Shown here: positions 1 to 12,462 of the stretch, one piece after another
How the letters are laid out: every line of letters starts with the position of its first letter
Position numbering within the stretch: position 1 is the first letter of the stretch
Translations under genes and position numbers: made by a program
Origin: Octopus sinensis
Lineage: Eukaryota
Assembly: GCF_006345805.1 (NCBI RefSeq)
Contig: NC_042999.1
Location: 57,474,001 to 57,538,000, forward strand
Direction: 5' to 3'
Length of the DNA: 64,000 nucleotides
Notes under the pieces: generated by a model
Told to the model about the DNA's origin: nothing
The model's input: only the letters and a program-made list of their open reading frames with translations
The model's database searches: none

Positions 1-212
1 CAAAATAATTTCAACTAAAATTACATTTGCAATGAGAGTGACTCATGTAAAAGTAAATCTGGTTGCAGCAAAGGGGCAACAACTCAGAAATGTTAATTAA
101 TTAATGGGTTAATTAACACCTGAAGTGGGAAAGTGAAAACAGTAGTAATACTACTCTGAAATGCAATTTTTGAAAGATTAAATTATTAACAATGAGACAC
201 ATACAATAGCTA

Positions 213-3200
213 CATCATCATCATCGTCGTTTAACGTCCGTTCTCCATGCTAGCATGGGTTGGACGGTTCGACCGGGGTTCTGGAAAGCCAGAAGGCTGC
301 ACCAGGCTCCAGTCTAATTTGGCAATGTTTCTACAGCTGGATGCCCTTCCTAACGCCAACCACTCCGTGAGTGTAGTGGGTGCTTTTTACGTGCCACCTG
401 CACAGGTGCCAGGCGGGGCTGGCAACGGCCACAGTCAGATTGGTGTATTTTATGTGCCACCGGCACGGAAGCCAGTCGAGGCGGTGCTGGCATCGGCCAC
501 GAGTCGGATAGTGCTTTTTACGTACCACCAGACCAGGGATCCTGGCTGGTTCAATTCGATTTCGATTTCGCTTGCCCCAACATGTCTTCACAAGCAAAGG
601 GGGTTGGCAAGGGTGCCTGTCGTACGGTCGCATTGGAGTATTTTACGTGCCACGGCCACGAGTCGGATAGTGCTTTTTACGTACCACCAGACCAGGGATC
701 CTGGCTGGTTCAATTCGATTTCGATTTCGCTTGCCCCAACATGTCTTCACAAGCAAAGGGGGTTGGCATGGGTGCCTGTCGTACGGTCGCATTGGAGTAT
801 TTTACGTGCCACGGCCCCGAGTCAGATAGTGCTTTTTACGTACCACCAGGCCAGGGATCCTGGCTGGTTCAATTCGGTTTCAATTTCGATTTCGCTTGCC
901 CCAACATGTCTTCGCAAGCATGGGGGGTTGGGATGGGTGTCTGTCGTCGGATGAGGTTCTATATCGACTTCGCTTGCCTCAACCGGTCTTTGTGTCCAAG
1001 GAGGAAAGGCATTCATAAGTGGGCTGGCTCACTTGTCCTGCCTGGTCTTCTCACGTACAGAATATTTCCAAAGGTCTCGGTCTCTGGTCATTTCCTCAGT
1101 GAGGCCTAAAGTTCGAAGGTCGTGCTTCACCACCTCGTCCCAGGTTTTCCTGGGTCTACCTCTTCCACGGGTTCCCTCAACTGCTAGGGATTGGCACTTT
1201 CTCACACACCTATCTTCATCCATTCTCGCCACATGACCATACCAGCGCAATCGTCTCTCTTGCACACCACAACTGATGCTTCTTAGGTACACAACATTTC
1301 TCTCAAGGTGCTAACGCTCTGTCGAGTATGTACACTGACATTACACATCCATCGGAGCATACTGGCTTCATTCCTCACGAGCTTACGCATGTCCTCAGCA
1401 GTCACAGCCCATGTTTCGCTGCCATGTAGCATGGCTGTTCGTACACACGCATCATACAGTCTGCCTTTTACTCTGAGCGAGAGGCCTTTAGTCACCAGCA
1501 GAGGTAAGAGCTCCCTAAATTTGCCCAGGCTATTCTTATTCTAGCAGTTACACTTTCAGCGCACCCACCCCCACTACTGACTTGGTCACCTAGATAACGG
1601 AAGCTATCAACTACTTCTAGTTTTTCCCCCTGGAAAGTGACGGAAGTTGTTTTCTGCAGATTTTCGGAGGTTAATGCTCCCGAGCATCTGCCACATACAA
1701 AACTATCTTCCCAGTTAGCCTACCTTTGACATTGCTGCACCTCTTATGTGTCCATAGCTTACACTGGGTACATCTTATAGAGTTTCTACCTACACCTTTT
1801 CTACAGATCGAGCAGGGCCATCTTCCTGAAGATATTTGTGGATTGTCTACCTTTCTACTTATTAGTACTTTGGTTTTAGCTAGGTTGACTCTAAGGCCCC
1901 TTGATTCTAAACCTCCTTCCACACCTGGAACTTCTCCTCCAGTTCTGATAGTGACTCAGCAATAAGAGCAAGGTCGTCAGCGTAGAGGAGCTCCCAGGGA
2001 CAGCCTGTCTTGAATTCCTCCGTAATTGCCTGGAGTACTATGATAAATAGGAGGGGGCTGAGTACTGAACCCTGGTGGACCCCAACCTCTACTTTGAATT
2101 CTTCTGTGTACATGTTGCCAACCCTAACCTTACTTACGGCATCTCTGTACATGGCTTGCACAGTCCTCACCAGCCATTCATCTATCCCTAGTTTCCTCAT
2201 TGACCACCAGATAAGGGATCGGGGGACCCTATCAAAAGCTTTCTCCATGTCAACGAAAGCCAGGTACAGGGGCTTATCTTTGGCTAGGTATTTCTCCTGC
2301 AGCTGCCTTACCAGGAATATAGCATCAGTGGTACTTTTTCCTGGCACGAACCCAAACTGCATCTCATCTAAACTAACTCTCTCTCTAATTAGTTGGGCTA
2401 TGACCCTCTCCGTAACCTTCATTACTTGATCCAACAGCTTGATACCTCTGTAATTATTTGTATCTAGGGCATCACCTTTACCTTTGTAGCAGTTGACTAG
2501 TATGCTGCTGCACCAGTCATTGGGTATGACTCCTTCGTGTATCACCTGGTTGACTATACGGGTGACTAGGTTATAGCCGACACTGCCAGATATTTTGAGC
2601 ATCTCTGCAGTAATTCCTGATGGGCCTGGGGCTTTCCCTGTCTTCATGCTTCTAATTGCCTTAGCTACCACGGAACTATCAACTCGGATAGCTGGTCCCT
2701 CTGTAGGGTCAACATTCGGCAGACTCTCTTTATCCCATTCATTTTCCTCATTCAGTAACCTTTCATAGTGGCGTCTCCAAGCTTCTCTCTTTGCATCCTC
2801 ATTTAGCGCAAGTGAACCATCCTCCATGTGAACACATTCTCTCTACCACATCACGATTCTCTCTCACACACTGTCTTGCAACACGAAATACCTCAAGTCT
2901 TTCATCCTCACGGCGCAGGACATTGGCAAATTTTCTCTTATCTGCTTCCCCTCTGGCTAGATAGACCTGTCTCCTAGCTCCCTTCTGGCAGTCTGATACC
3001 CTTCCCTGCTACCACCGTTCCCAGGCCTTCCAAGCTGTTTCTTTTGTCTAATAGCCCTGTCAACAATATTGTTCCACCACCACATTATTTTGGGTCTTAA
3101 GGGGACTTTGCACCAGCCACAGATCTGGTCAGCGGCTTTCAGCAGGTTGTCCCTCAGAAACGTCCAGTTGTCTTCTACCCCATGTGTAGCTATACCCTCT

Positions 3201-4135
3201 TCCACTTCGTCAAAGGCTTCAAGTAACATATCTCTAAATCTCTGTCCATTCGCAGGGGCTTTAAGCTTCCAGACCCTTCTTCTCCATGTTGGTCGTCTTC
3301 TAGTCGCCCTCTTAGTCCTGATCCTAAAGTCACTAACTACCAGTCTATGTTGTGGGGTGCATTCTTCGCCTGGGAAGGTTTTGGCATTTTTAAGCAGCCA
3401 TCTTTCCCTTTTTCTGGCAAGGATGTAGTCGATTTGGCTAGTATGCCGGCCCGATCGGTAGGTGACCAGGTGGCTTGTTGGTTTCCTGAAGTTAGTGTTG
3501 CAGACCATAAGACTATTCGCATCGCAGAACTCCAGCAGCTGGTTCCCTCCTCGTTGCGGGAACCATAACCGTAGCCTCCATGTACGCCATGGAAGCCCCC
3601 AGCATGTCGTCCAACATGCCCATTGAAATCACCAGCCACAAAGAGAAGTCCCTGTCGTTCGTCGATGAGGTGGTCTGCGTAGGTAGGGTGTCATAGAAAC
3701 TGTCTTTCTGTCCATCGGGTAGCCCTGGCTGAGGGGCATAGGCCGATATAATGGTTGCTAATCTATTATGAAGCACTATTCTAATCTTAAGTATTCTGTC
3801 ACTTACTCTGATTACCTCAATTACTCTATCTATCCATTTCTCAGCGATAATTATACCCACGCCACCAACCCCGTCAGTGTTCCCTGCCCAGAAAATCTTG
3901 TACCTGTGTCCCTTGCCTGTGAGGACCCTAGCAGATCCTCCTCTCCACCTTATCTCTTGCATACAACATACATCAACACGTCTCCGTTCAAGCATCTCGA
4001 CTATCTCGCCAGACCTACCTTTCAATGTGCCAACGTTGAGGGTGCCTACCCTGAGGGTGTGGGAGGTGGGGCCTCTGAGACCCTGGGATGAGGGGCCGCA
4101 GTGTTCTGTACCTGAAAAGAAAGCTTGCATTTGCC
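213..4135 (-). mobile_element. RTE-clade LINE, near full length, frameshifted (APE endonuclease + RT), long 3'UTR, (GAT)n tail
   Basis: ORF pieces in colinear order: 3513-4130 (GTLNVGTL..VDVCCMQEIRW), 3337-3639 (GDFNGHVG), 2957-3508 (SQIDYIL, HRLVV), 1907-2827 (NYRGIKLL, QFGF, KAFD, HQGSVLSPLLF, YADD), 1283-1495 and 1029-1292 (RLRWYGHV..RGRGRPRKTW). Tail AAACGACGATGATGATG at the 213 end. Confidence 0.93.
502..930. repeat. 159-bp tandem repeat (~2.7 copies) inside the RTE 3'UTR
   Basis: Unit starts agtc(g/a)gatagtgctttttacgtaccacc at 502, 661 and 820. The 53-codon period explains the repeated ORFs 247-954 and 582-1109. Confidence 0.9.
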
Positions 4136-4270
4136 AGATATCATACTGAGACTCTAGACTACAACCTGCATAAATTTCAAAGTTTTTGCGCTATATGATC
4201 ACAATAAACCCTACATAGGGGTGCGGGGGGGGTCAAGAAGATAGAAAACAGAAACTTCCGGTTCTGGTAG

Positions 4271-4370
4271 AGGGGTGGGAGGGCGGGGTCACCCCCAAGG
4301 AACAGGGGTGGGAGGGCGGGGTCACCCAAGGAACAAGGGGTGGGAGGGCGGGGTCACCCCCAAGGAACAG
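4271..4370. repeat. Three ~32-33 bp GC-box repeats (aggggtgggagggcggggtcaccc(cc)aaggaac)
   Basis: Copies start at 4271, 4304 and 4336; each contains GGGCGGGG. Confidence 0.85.
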
Positions 4371-5800
4371 GTTTTAAGTAATACGTAGGGAATTTTCTGC
4401 GACAGAAATTACTGAACATCTAGAAACTTCGGGGTTCTTCGATTAAAACATAATATAAATAGGAGAGGGGAGAATATTGTAGTGAATTCTGGGGATGGAA
4501 TAACAACGGGATGACACTGAAATTAAAGGAGGAATTTAAAATGCATGACAGACAGGAAGCCATGCATACAAGATGGCGAAACAAATAATAGAGAAACGGG
4601 ATTTAGGGTTACGAATCAACGCTTAAAAATGAATATGAATGACAGGTTGTAAGTTAAATTCGCTTAGCTGGTCATTTTTCGAGTCAGTGTTTTGTCAGCA
4701 AGATGTAGAATCGAGAAGAGGGACGAGATAAATCGAACACTGCTTTATAAAGAGTTAGGGATTGGGGGGGGGGATTATCAGGTGGAAGCATGAGGAAAGA
4801 GAGAGGGGGGAAGGAAGAGAGAGAGAGAGCTAAGGGACAACAGGTTTAATTCGTAAGGAATTTTCTGCAACAGAAATTACTGAACATCTAGAAACTTCGG
4901 GGTTCGAGAAGAATGTAATATAAATAAGAGAGAGAGAAATATTTCGTAGGAATGTAGGGTATCTTTGGGGAAAGGAATAACGACGAAGGAACAACAGTTT
5001 TAAGTTAATACGTAGGGAATTTTCTGCGACAGAAATTACTGAACATCTAGAAACTTCGGGGTTCGATTAAAACATAATATAAATAGGAGAGAGGGAGAAT
5101 ATTGTAGTGAATTCTGGGGATGGAATAACAACAGGTTTTAAGTTAATACGTAGGGAATTTTCTGCAACAGAAATTACTGAACATCTAGGAACTTCGGGGT
5201 TCGAGGAGAACGTAATATAAATAAGAGAGAAGAAAATATTTCGTAGGGATTTAGGGTATCTTTGGGAAAGGAATAACGACGGAGGAAACAACGGTTTTAA
5301 GTTAATACGTAGGGAATTTTCTGCAACAGAAATTACTGAACATCTAGGAACTTCAGGGTTCGAGAAGAATGTAATATAAATAAGAGAGAGAGAAATATTT
5401 CGTAGGGAATTTAGGGTATCTTTGAACAACAGGTTTTAAGTTAATACGTAGGGAATTTTCTGCAACAGAAATTACTGAACATCTAGAACTTCGGGGTTCG
5501 AGAAGAATGTAATATAAATAAGAGAGAGAGAAATATTTCGTAGGGATTTAGGGTATCTTTGAACAACAGGTTTTAAGTTAATACGTAGGGAATTTTCTGC
5601 AACAGAAATTACTGAACATCTAGAACACTTCGGGTTTTCGAGAAGAATGTAATATAAATAAGAGAGAGAGAAATATTTCGTAGGGAATTTAGGTATATCT
5701 TTGAACAACAGGTTTTAAGTTAATACGTAGGGAATTTTCTGCGACAGAATTACTGAACATCTAGAAACTTCGGGGTTCGATTAAAACATAATATAAATGT
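4367..5800. repeat. Satellite-like array of ~137-160 bp units, about 8 copies in two subtypes, interrupted at ~4510-4840
   Basis: Core ggttttaagttaatacgtagggaattttctgc(a/g)acagaaattactgaacatctag recurs at ~4370, 4845, 4997, 5134, 5294, 5432, 5569 and 5711. Confidence 0.85.
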
Positions 5801-7553
5801 TACAATGGTCATGAGATAATCAATTAAATGAAAATAAAGTTTTGTAGCAGTTTCCAGTCAATGTGGATATGAAATAGTTAAAAAGGAAGTACATTTGTGA
5901 AGAATATAATTGGGTTACCAGACAAAATGGACAATATAATAATAACATGTAAATTAAAAATAATCAATCTCTTGTTATATTTTAACACAAAAATATAATA
6001 TTTTTTTATTTGCAAATTTAATTCTTTTAACAACTTTAATTGATATTCACAAATTTTGAATTATCTTAAATGAAGTAAATTAAGTCTTTGATAAAAATGA
6101 AATAAAACTTTTAATAAATGCATATGGAAAAATGAGTGAATTCTGCATTTTGTCTGTGAAGTTTGTTGCATATGTAAGCAGAATTAAAAAGAATTCTTCT
6201 AATTTAATTTAATTATAGAAAACTGTGCTAGTTGAACACTGTTTTTAGATTCAAAGTCATTTCCAATAAAAACTTGAATTAATAAAACAAAATTAATACT
6301 GATGAAAGCAGTTCAGCAGAAATAGAATACAAAGGTTCTACCATTATTTTAACTTTTTTTTTTATATTCATTTACAATAGATCTCAAAAAATGATTCAAA
6401 TCTTGTGATATTGGTTTCAAATTTCATCAAAAGCTTTTGTTAAAGTAGTTACAAAATGAAGTACATCTTTCTAATTTCCATTTGAACCTACTCAAAATCA
6501 AATTTAGCAAATTTTAGAAGACATGGAATGAAAAATACATCATTTAACAAGAGAATCTGCAAGTTTAAAGAATGGTAGTGTTAGCCCCTGGAACCTCTGT
6601 ATCTGCTTGAAACTACAATTTGAAGACTTTTATTGTATTAATCATAATCAAGTCAGTCCTGATTTTAGCATACCCTTTGGTCTGGTGTGAATTTGTAAAA
6701 AAAACAAAACAATTTGAAAACAGTTGAAGACACAACATTTGTTTATCATGGAAACAAAATTATTGCATGCATGAAGCTGTTATATAAATTTAGATATAAG
6801 AGAAACATCCTATAAAAGAATCACGGAGATATATAAAGTAAATGCTTAGCTTGGAATCAATACAGTAAACAGATGAGACTTTAATTTGATTCTAACATGG
6901 GGAGGATGCTGTCTATTGTAAACAGCATTGAAAAATAAATCTGGTATTTTTATCTGACAGGTAGATAAATAAAAACATGGAGTTAAATGTCTTACTCAAA
7001 TATCGAACAGAATGGTTGTGACATTGACTCTGGCAGTATTTGAATTCAGAACTTAAATACAGCAAAGCATTTAGCATACCCTCTAAACAGATTCAGTTTA
7101 AGAGATGGACACACTGAGTCACTGCCCATGACTCCAATGCTAATCAATGAATGCTGCAATTTTCTGTGGCAATGCACTCTGGTACTTGTGGATTGCTTTA
7201 CCCAGGGCTCTATAAGGCTGTCAAGGGCAGGTTGTCCCTACCATTTCTAATTCCCCACCATCTTTTCTTATTTTCTATTCTTCTTGAACAAATAAACAAA
7301 ATGTGAAAAAAATGTGATTAACAAAAGAAAGAATATACAAATCCAAAATCTTGCTAAAACTATGAACTGGTTAAATTATTTATTTCCATTGTACTGATGA
7401 AGACCAAAATGATGAAATTCTAAACTGAAGAATCAGCAAAGAGCTAAATAAATTTATACAGACAATGGAAGAAAATAACTGACCCAAGAAATTGTAACAA
7501 AGAAAAAAATAGAAAAATATATAAAGAATTCTGATTTTGAAGATGTAAAAAGG

Positions 7554-7708
7554 TTATTCAAAGATCAAGTGATTCATCTCGTCAATGCCATATTTGCCCT
7601 TATATTCTTCAAAAAGTTCATACAGACTGTTCAGATAAATCTTGTGGACTTCTTCAACCTGCTCTTTACTTGGATTTTCTATCAATGGAACTTCAATTGG
7701 TTTTCCAA
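7554..7708 (-). CDS. MOGAT2: MOGAT2-like coding exon 4 (155 nt, terminal, TAA stop at 7556-7554)
   Basis: ttttttttccatttcaAG|TT GGA AAA CCA ATT GAA; encodes VGKPIEVPLIENPSKEQVEEVHKIYLNSLYELFEEYKGKYGIDEMNHLIFE*. Confidence 0.92.
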
Positions 7709-9290
7709 CTTGAAATGGAAAAAAAAAAAATAGAGGGTGAATGTATTAGAGAAAGAGAAAGAAGGTATAGAGTATATGAGGAGAGGACAATGGAAGGATG
7801 TGAAGAGAGGGAAGGGGGTGAGATAAGAAAGAGAAGAGAGTGGATAAGAATAGATGAGAGAAAGGAGAAAGAGAAGAGAGTGGATAAGAATAGATGAGAG
7901 AAAGGAGAAAGAGGAAAAGTGAGGAGAGAATGAAGGATGGAGGAAAATGAAAAGTTGAGAGAAAGAGAGAGAAAAAGTAAAAGTAAAGAGAGTGAATATA
8001 AAATGGAGAAAGACAGACAGATGTGAAAAGAAAGAAAGAAAGAAAGAAAGAGATGCATGAGTCAATGTTTATGGTGATTGGTGAGTAAATGTTCAATAAG
8101 CATAACAGCCATTTTGGCAGAAATGTGGGTCTGAGAGGTTTGTGTCTTGTTTATGATTAACCATGTGGTATTCTAAATTATTTTGGAACACCTCCCCTGC
8201 CACTCCATTCCTTTCCCCCATCTCTTTTTATTTAAACTCCTCACCGTTTCTTTTTGCTTTATTTAAGGTATTGGCTCTTTCTACCTTCTTTCCACATTCC
8301 TTATCTTCCTCTCTTCCACTTTGTTCACCTTGCACTCCTGACTTCTGACCTTTTCACCCTCCGACCCTCTACACCACACATACATATCATTCCATTCATT
8401 TCAGTTCTTTCTTCATTTTCCTCACCAAAATCCCAAACACCACCACCCCCTCTCTCTCTCTCTCTCTTGGGCATTCTCAGACCCACCCACCAGAACTATC
8501 ATAACTACTTCGCAGTGGTTCTGATAAGTTTCAAGATAACTTCTTATTTATCGCTTTCCTTTGCCATATCCTTCCTCACAGTCCAGATAATCTAAGCTCA
8601 CACAGCCTCAAAAGGAACTTCTGTGCTGTAGATGAATTTATGTTGCTTCATGGACTCTAAGCAAAGGACTTGATACCATGCTGGTTTGTATTTACATATG
8701 CATCATCATCATCATCATCATCATTGTTTAACATCCGCTTTCCATATAAGCATGGGTTGGACGATTTTGACTGAGGGCTGGCGAACCAGATGGCTGCAGC
8801 AGGCTCCAATCTTGATTTGGCAGAGTTTCTACAGCTGGGTGCCCTTCCTATCGCCAACCACTCCAAGAGTGTAGTGGGTGCTTTTTACGTGCCACCGGCA
8901 CGGGGGCCAGTCAGGCGGTACTGGCAACGACCTTGCTCAAATCTTTTTACACATGCCACCAGCACAGGTACCACTAAGGCGACGTTGGTAATGATTCGAA
9001 AGCACATCCTCCCATAGAAACAACATATAACACACTTCCTAAAACATCAGACAGCATTTGTAAAAAGAAGTGTTCACTTTACTGGAGAAATAAGGAACAA
9101 CTAATAAGTGACATTGATATGGTTCAAAATAGTTCATAATCACCTTGCAAAGTTAATGGATGATACAGTATGCCACCAAAAGGAACTGTCATATGCTACG
9201 GAAGATAAAAGATGAGCAGAAGATCAGAGTCATACAAATCCAAGCAAACTTGACTCAATGATGAAGCCAACAACCTAAGTGTCATACAAC

Positions 9291-9365
<75 letters not shown>

Positions 9366-10438
9366 TCTCTCTCCCCCTTACACTAGGAAGAAGGGCAAGG
9401 ACCCAAAACATCAGATTCTTTATTCCTTAGATTTTATTACCCTCTTATATCAAGTATTCACCACTAGTTCCTCACTTTTCACTTTTAAATTTGCTCTATA
9501 GAAAGCCTTGTCCCTGAATTTGCAGATAAGACATATTTAGAAATGAGAGTGTGTGCACACTTAAGTCAATAGTATACCTAATGACTACCTGACATATCAG
9601 CTTTTTGCAACTTTTCACATCATAAGTTAACAGCAGAAATTTTCAAACACTGTACTGTATATGGTCCACATATGTGTGCCATCTATGATAACCAAAGGTA
9701 CCATGATTTTTTGAGGTCAATCAGAAAATGCCAAGAATTTTAGAAAACTTGAACATTTTTAAAGCACTGTACTATTGCATGAGTATTTCTTTGTGGTAAA
9801 TAGCAATGCATTTAACCAGATCTAATTGAAACAATTTTAATACTCTATTCCCTGTGATATTATAAAACTTTTAAAAAGCTGCAGTACTATAAGGCTTAGT
9901 ATATTATTCAGTGTATTGTACATTAAAAAGAGTTTTAAAAATTACTGCTTTATGTGGCTGCTAGAAATAGCAGCTAAATGTAACCTTCATAGTGAAAAAG
10001 TGAAAGTTATATTGGATAATGAAGTTCTAGAAGCAGTTAATTGGCAATCATTAGAGTATATTTGTTCATTCATTTATTTTTTTTTTCTATGTTAGTATGA
10101 GTTAGACAGGGAATTATTTCACATCATATTTTTTGCATATATAATATATTTAGGATTGCAGTATCCAATCAATCTTCCTTTTTAAAATGGGTGTAATTTC
10201 ATTGGGAGAAAGATTCAGCTGTTGTTTCTAGTTTGTCAAATGACCATGTAGAAGCAAGTTCTATTATTGGTTTCTTTCAACACCAGTAAAAAGTATCAAA
10301 TAATGTTCAAATTATTCTAGATTTTGCTTCAGTAGTAAAGGATTTCTCTTCCTTAGAGCCCATATATTAAAAAGTCCTCTACATACATTATTTCAGCTAA
10401 GTAGCTGACAACTAGAGTGTCTTAGATGTACGGTAGTA

Positions 10439-10473
<35 letters not shown>

Positions 10474-12410
10474 TTAGGGTGAAAGGCAGATTGTATAATG
10501 CCTGTGTGCAAACTGCCATGCTACATGAGCTGTGACTGTAGAGGACACATGAAGGCTTAAAAGAAATGAAGTTAGCATGTTCCACTGGATGTCCAATGTC
10601 AGCATGCATATACAACAGAGTTTAAGTGTCTTAAGAGAAAAATTGGGTATGAGAGGAATCAGATGTAGTGTGCAAGAAAGAAGACTGTGCTGGTAAGGTC
10701 ATACGATGCATATGTATGAGGACAGCTGATCTCTAATTATGGAGAGAACCTGTTGAAGAGGTAGACAAAGGAGGAGGTGGGATGAAGTGGTGAACTCTGA
10801 CCTTTGAATGTTGAGTCTCATGGAGGTGATGACAAGAGACCAAGATTTCTGGTGATTTGCTGTGCTTGAGAAGATATGTCAAGCTAAGCGAAATCATAGT
10901 CATTGCCAGTGCTGATGACACATAAAAGGCACCCAGTATACCCTGTAGAGTGGTTGGCATTAGGAAGGGCATCCAGGCATAGAAACCAAACCAAAACAGA
11001 CAACTGAAGTGTGGTGCAGCTCTGGTCAAACCATCTAACCCATGCCAGCAAGGAGAATGGACGTTAAATGATGATGATGATGATATATAAATTTGTAATA
11101 TAAAATATGAATTCAGAGAATTGTGTGGCTATCATAGAAAGCTCCTCTAATGGACTTGGCTAACAAACCACATGATAATCCAATACAGAGAAGTGTAATG
11201 CAGGATGTTCATGCAGCTGAAATCCTGAAGATCTAATCAGTGAAATTAACCATAAAAGTCATGAGGTAGAGAGGTGAATATATTTATTAAAACACTTGAT
11301 ATCCATAGGATTACAGCTGTTTTGCAGCCTTTTTCATGTAGCAGTAATTTCAGTGTGAAATAAATTATATTCAAATATTTGCCTTAAAGTGCATGCTACA
11401 TATTCATCATCATCACCATCATTGTTTAACGTCCGTTTTCCATGCTAGCATGGGTTGGACAGTTCGACTGGGGTCTGGGAAGCCAGGAGGCTGCACCAGG
11501 CTCCAGTCTGATCTGGCAGTGTTTCTACAGCTGGATGCCCTTCCTAATGCCAACCACTCCGTGAGTGTAGTGGGTACTTTTTACGTGCCGCTGGCACAGG
11601 TGCCAGGGTAGGCTGGCAACGGCCACGATCGGTTGGTGCTTTTTACATGCCACCGGCATGGAAGCCAGTCAAGGCGGCGCTGGCATCGGCCACGTACAGC
11701 ACAAATTAATGCAAATACAGAAAACTAGCTCATCACATCACCAGTACATCATGGTTACACCAATGATTCACCACTGTTGAATACTTTTCTCTGCTAATTT
11801 GTAATATAAGGAGTAACACTATCTTAGTTTTTCCCTGACATGTTCTTGAATGAAACAAAGGGTCTTATATAGGATTCACTATTTAACACACAAACACACA
11901 CACACACAAGCAAGTACACATGTATGCACATACACGTGTGTGTGTGTATTTTGTCAAGTATATAAGTGAAAGGTAAATATTGGTGAAAAACTGATGAGCT
12001 GGTCCCTTCAAATGAAAACACCCTGTGGTTTTTGTTCCGAGTTGTGCAGATGGTCCCTTGTCACTCTTGTTATCCTACATGCAGCAAATCATTGTCAGCC
12101 CATAGGAAACTTATAAAAATAATAAATGAGTTTATTTTCTAGCTGAAAGAAAGGAAAACAAAATCCAGCCAGGTTAGCATTTTTACTTCCTCTCTCCTCC
12201 AGACATGCTGGCACACACACACACACGTGTGTATGTATAGGAGTGGCTGTGTGGTAAGTAGCTTGTTTACCAACCACATGGTTCCGGGTTCAGTCCCACT
12301 GCGTGGCACCTTGGGCAAGTGTCTTCTACTATAGCCTCGGGCCGACCAAAGCCTTGTGAGTGGATTTGGTAGATGGAAACTGAAAAGAAGCCCTTCGTAT
12401 ATATGTATAT

Positions 12411-12462
<52 letters not shown>

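Noticed and set aside
247-1109. Long ORFs of 235 and 175 aa
   Set aside because: Antisense to the RTE 3'UTR and caused by the 159-bp repeat
7670-8600. F/S/L-rich membrane-protein-like ORFs
   Set aside because: Low-complexity purine/pyrimidine tracts
11990-12040. Other CTGATGA occurrences (6299, 7393, 11993, 27174, 37213, 61777) as hammerheads
   Set aside because: No compatible stem II + GAAA + stem I arrangement
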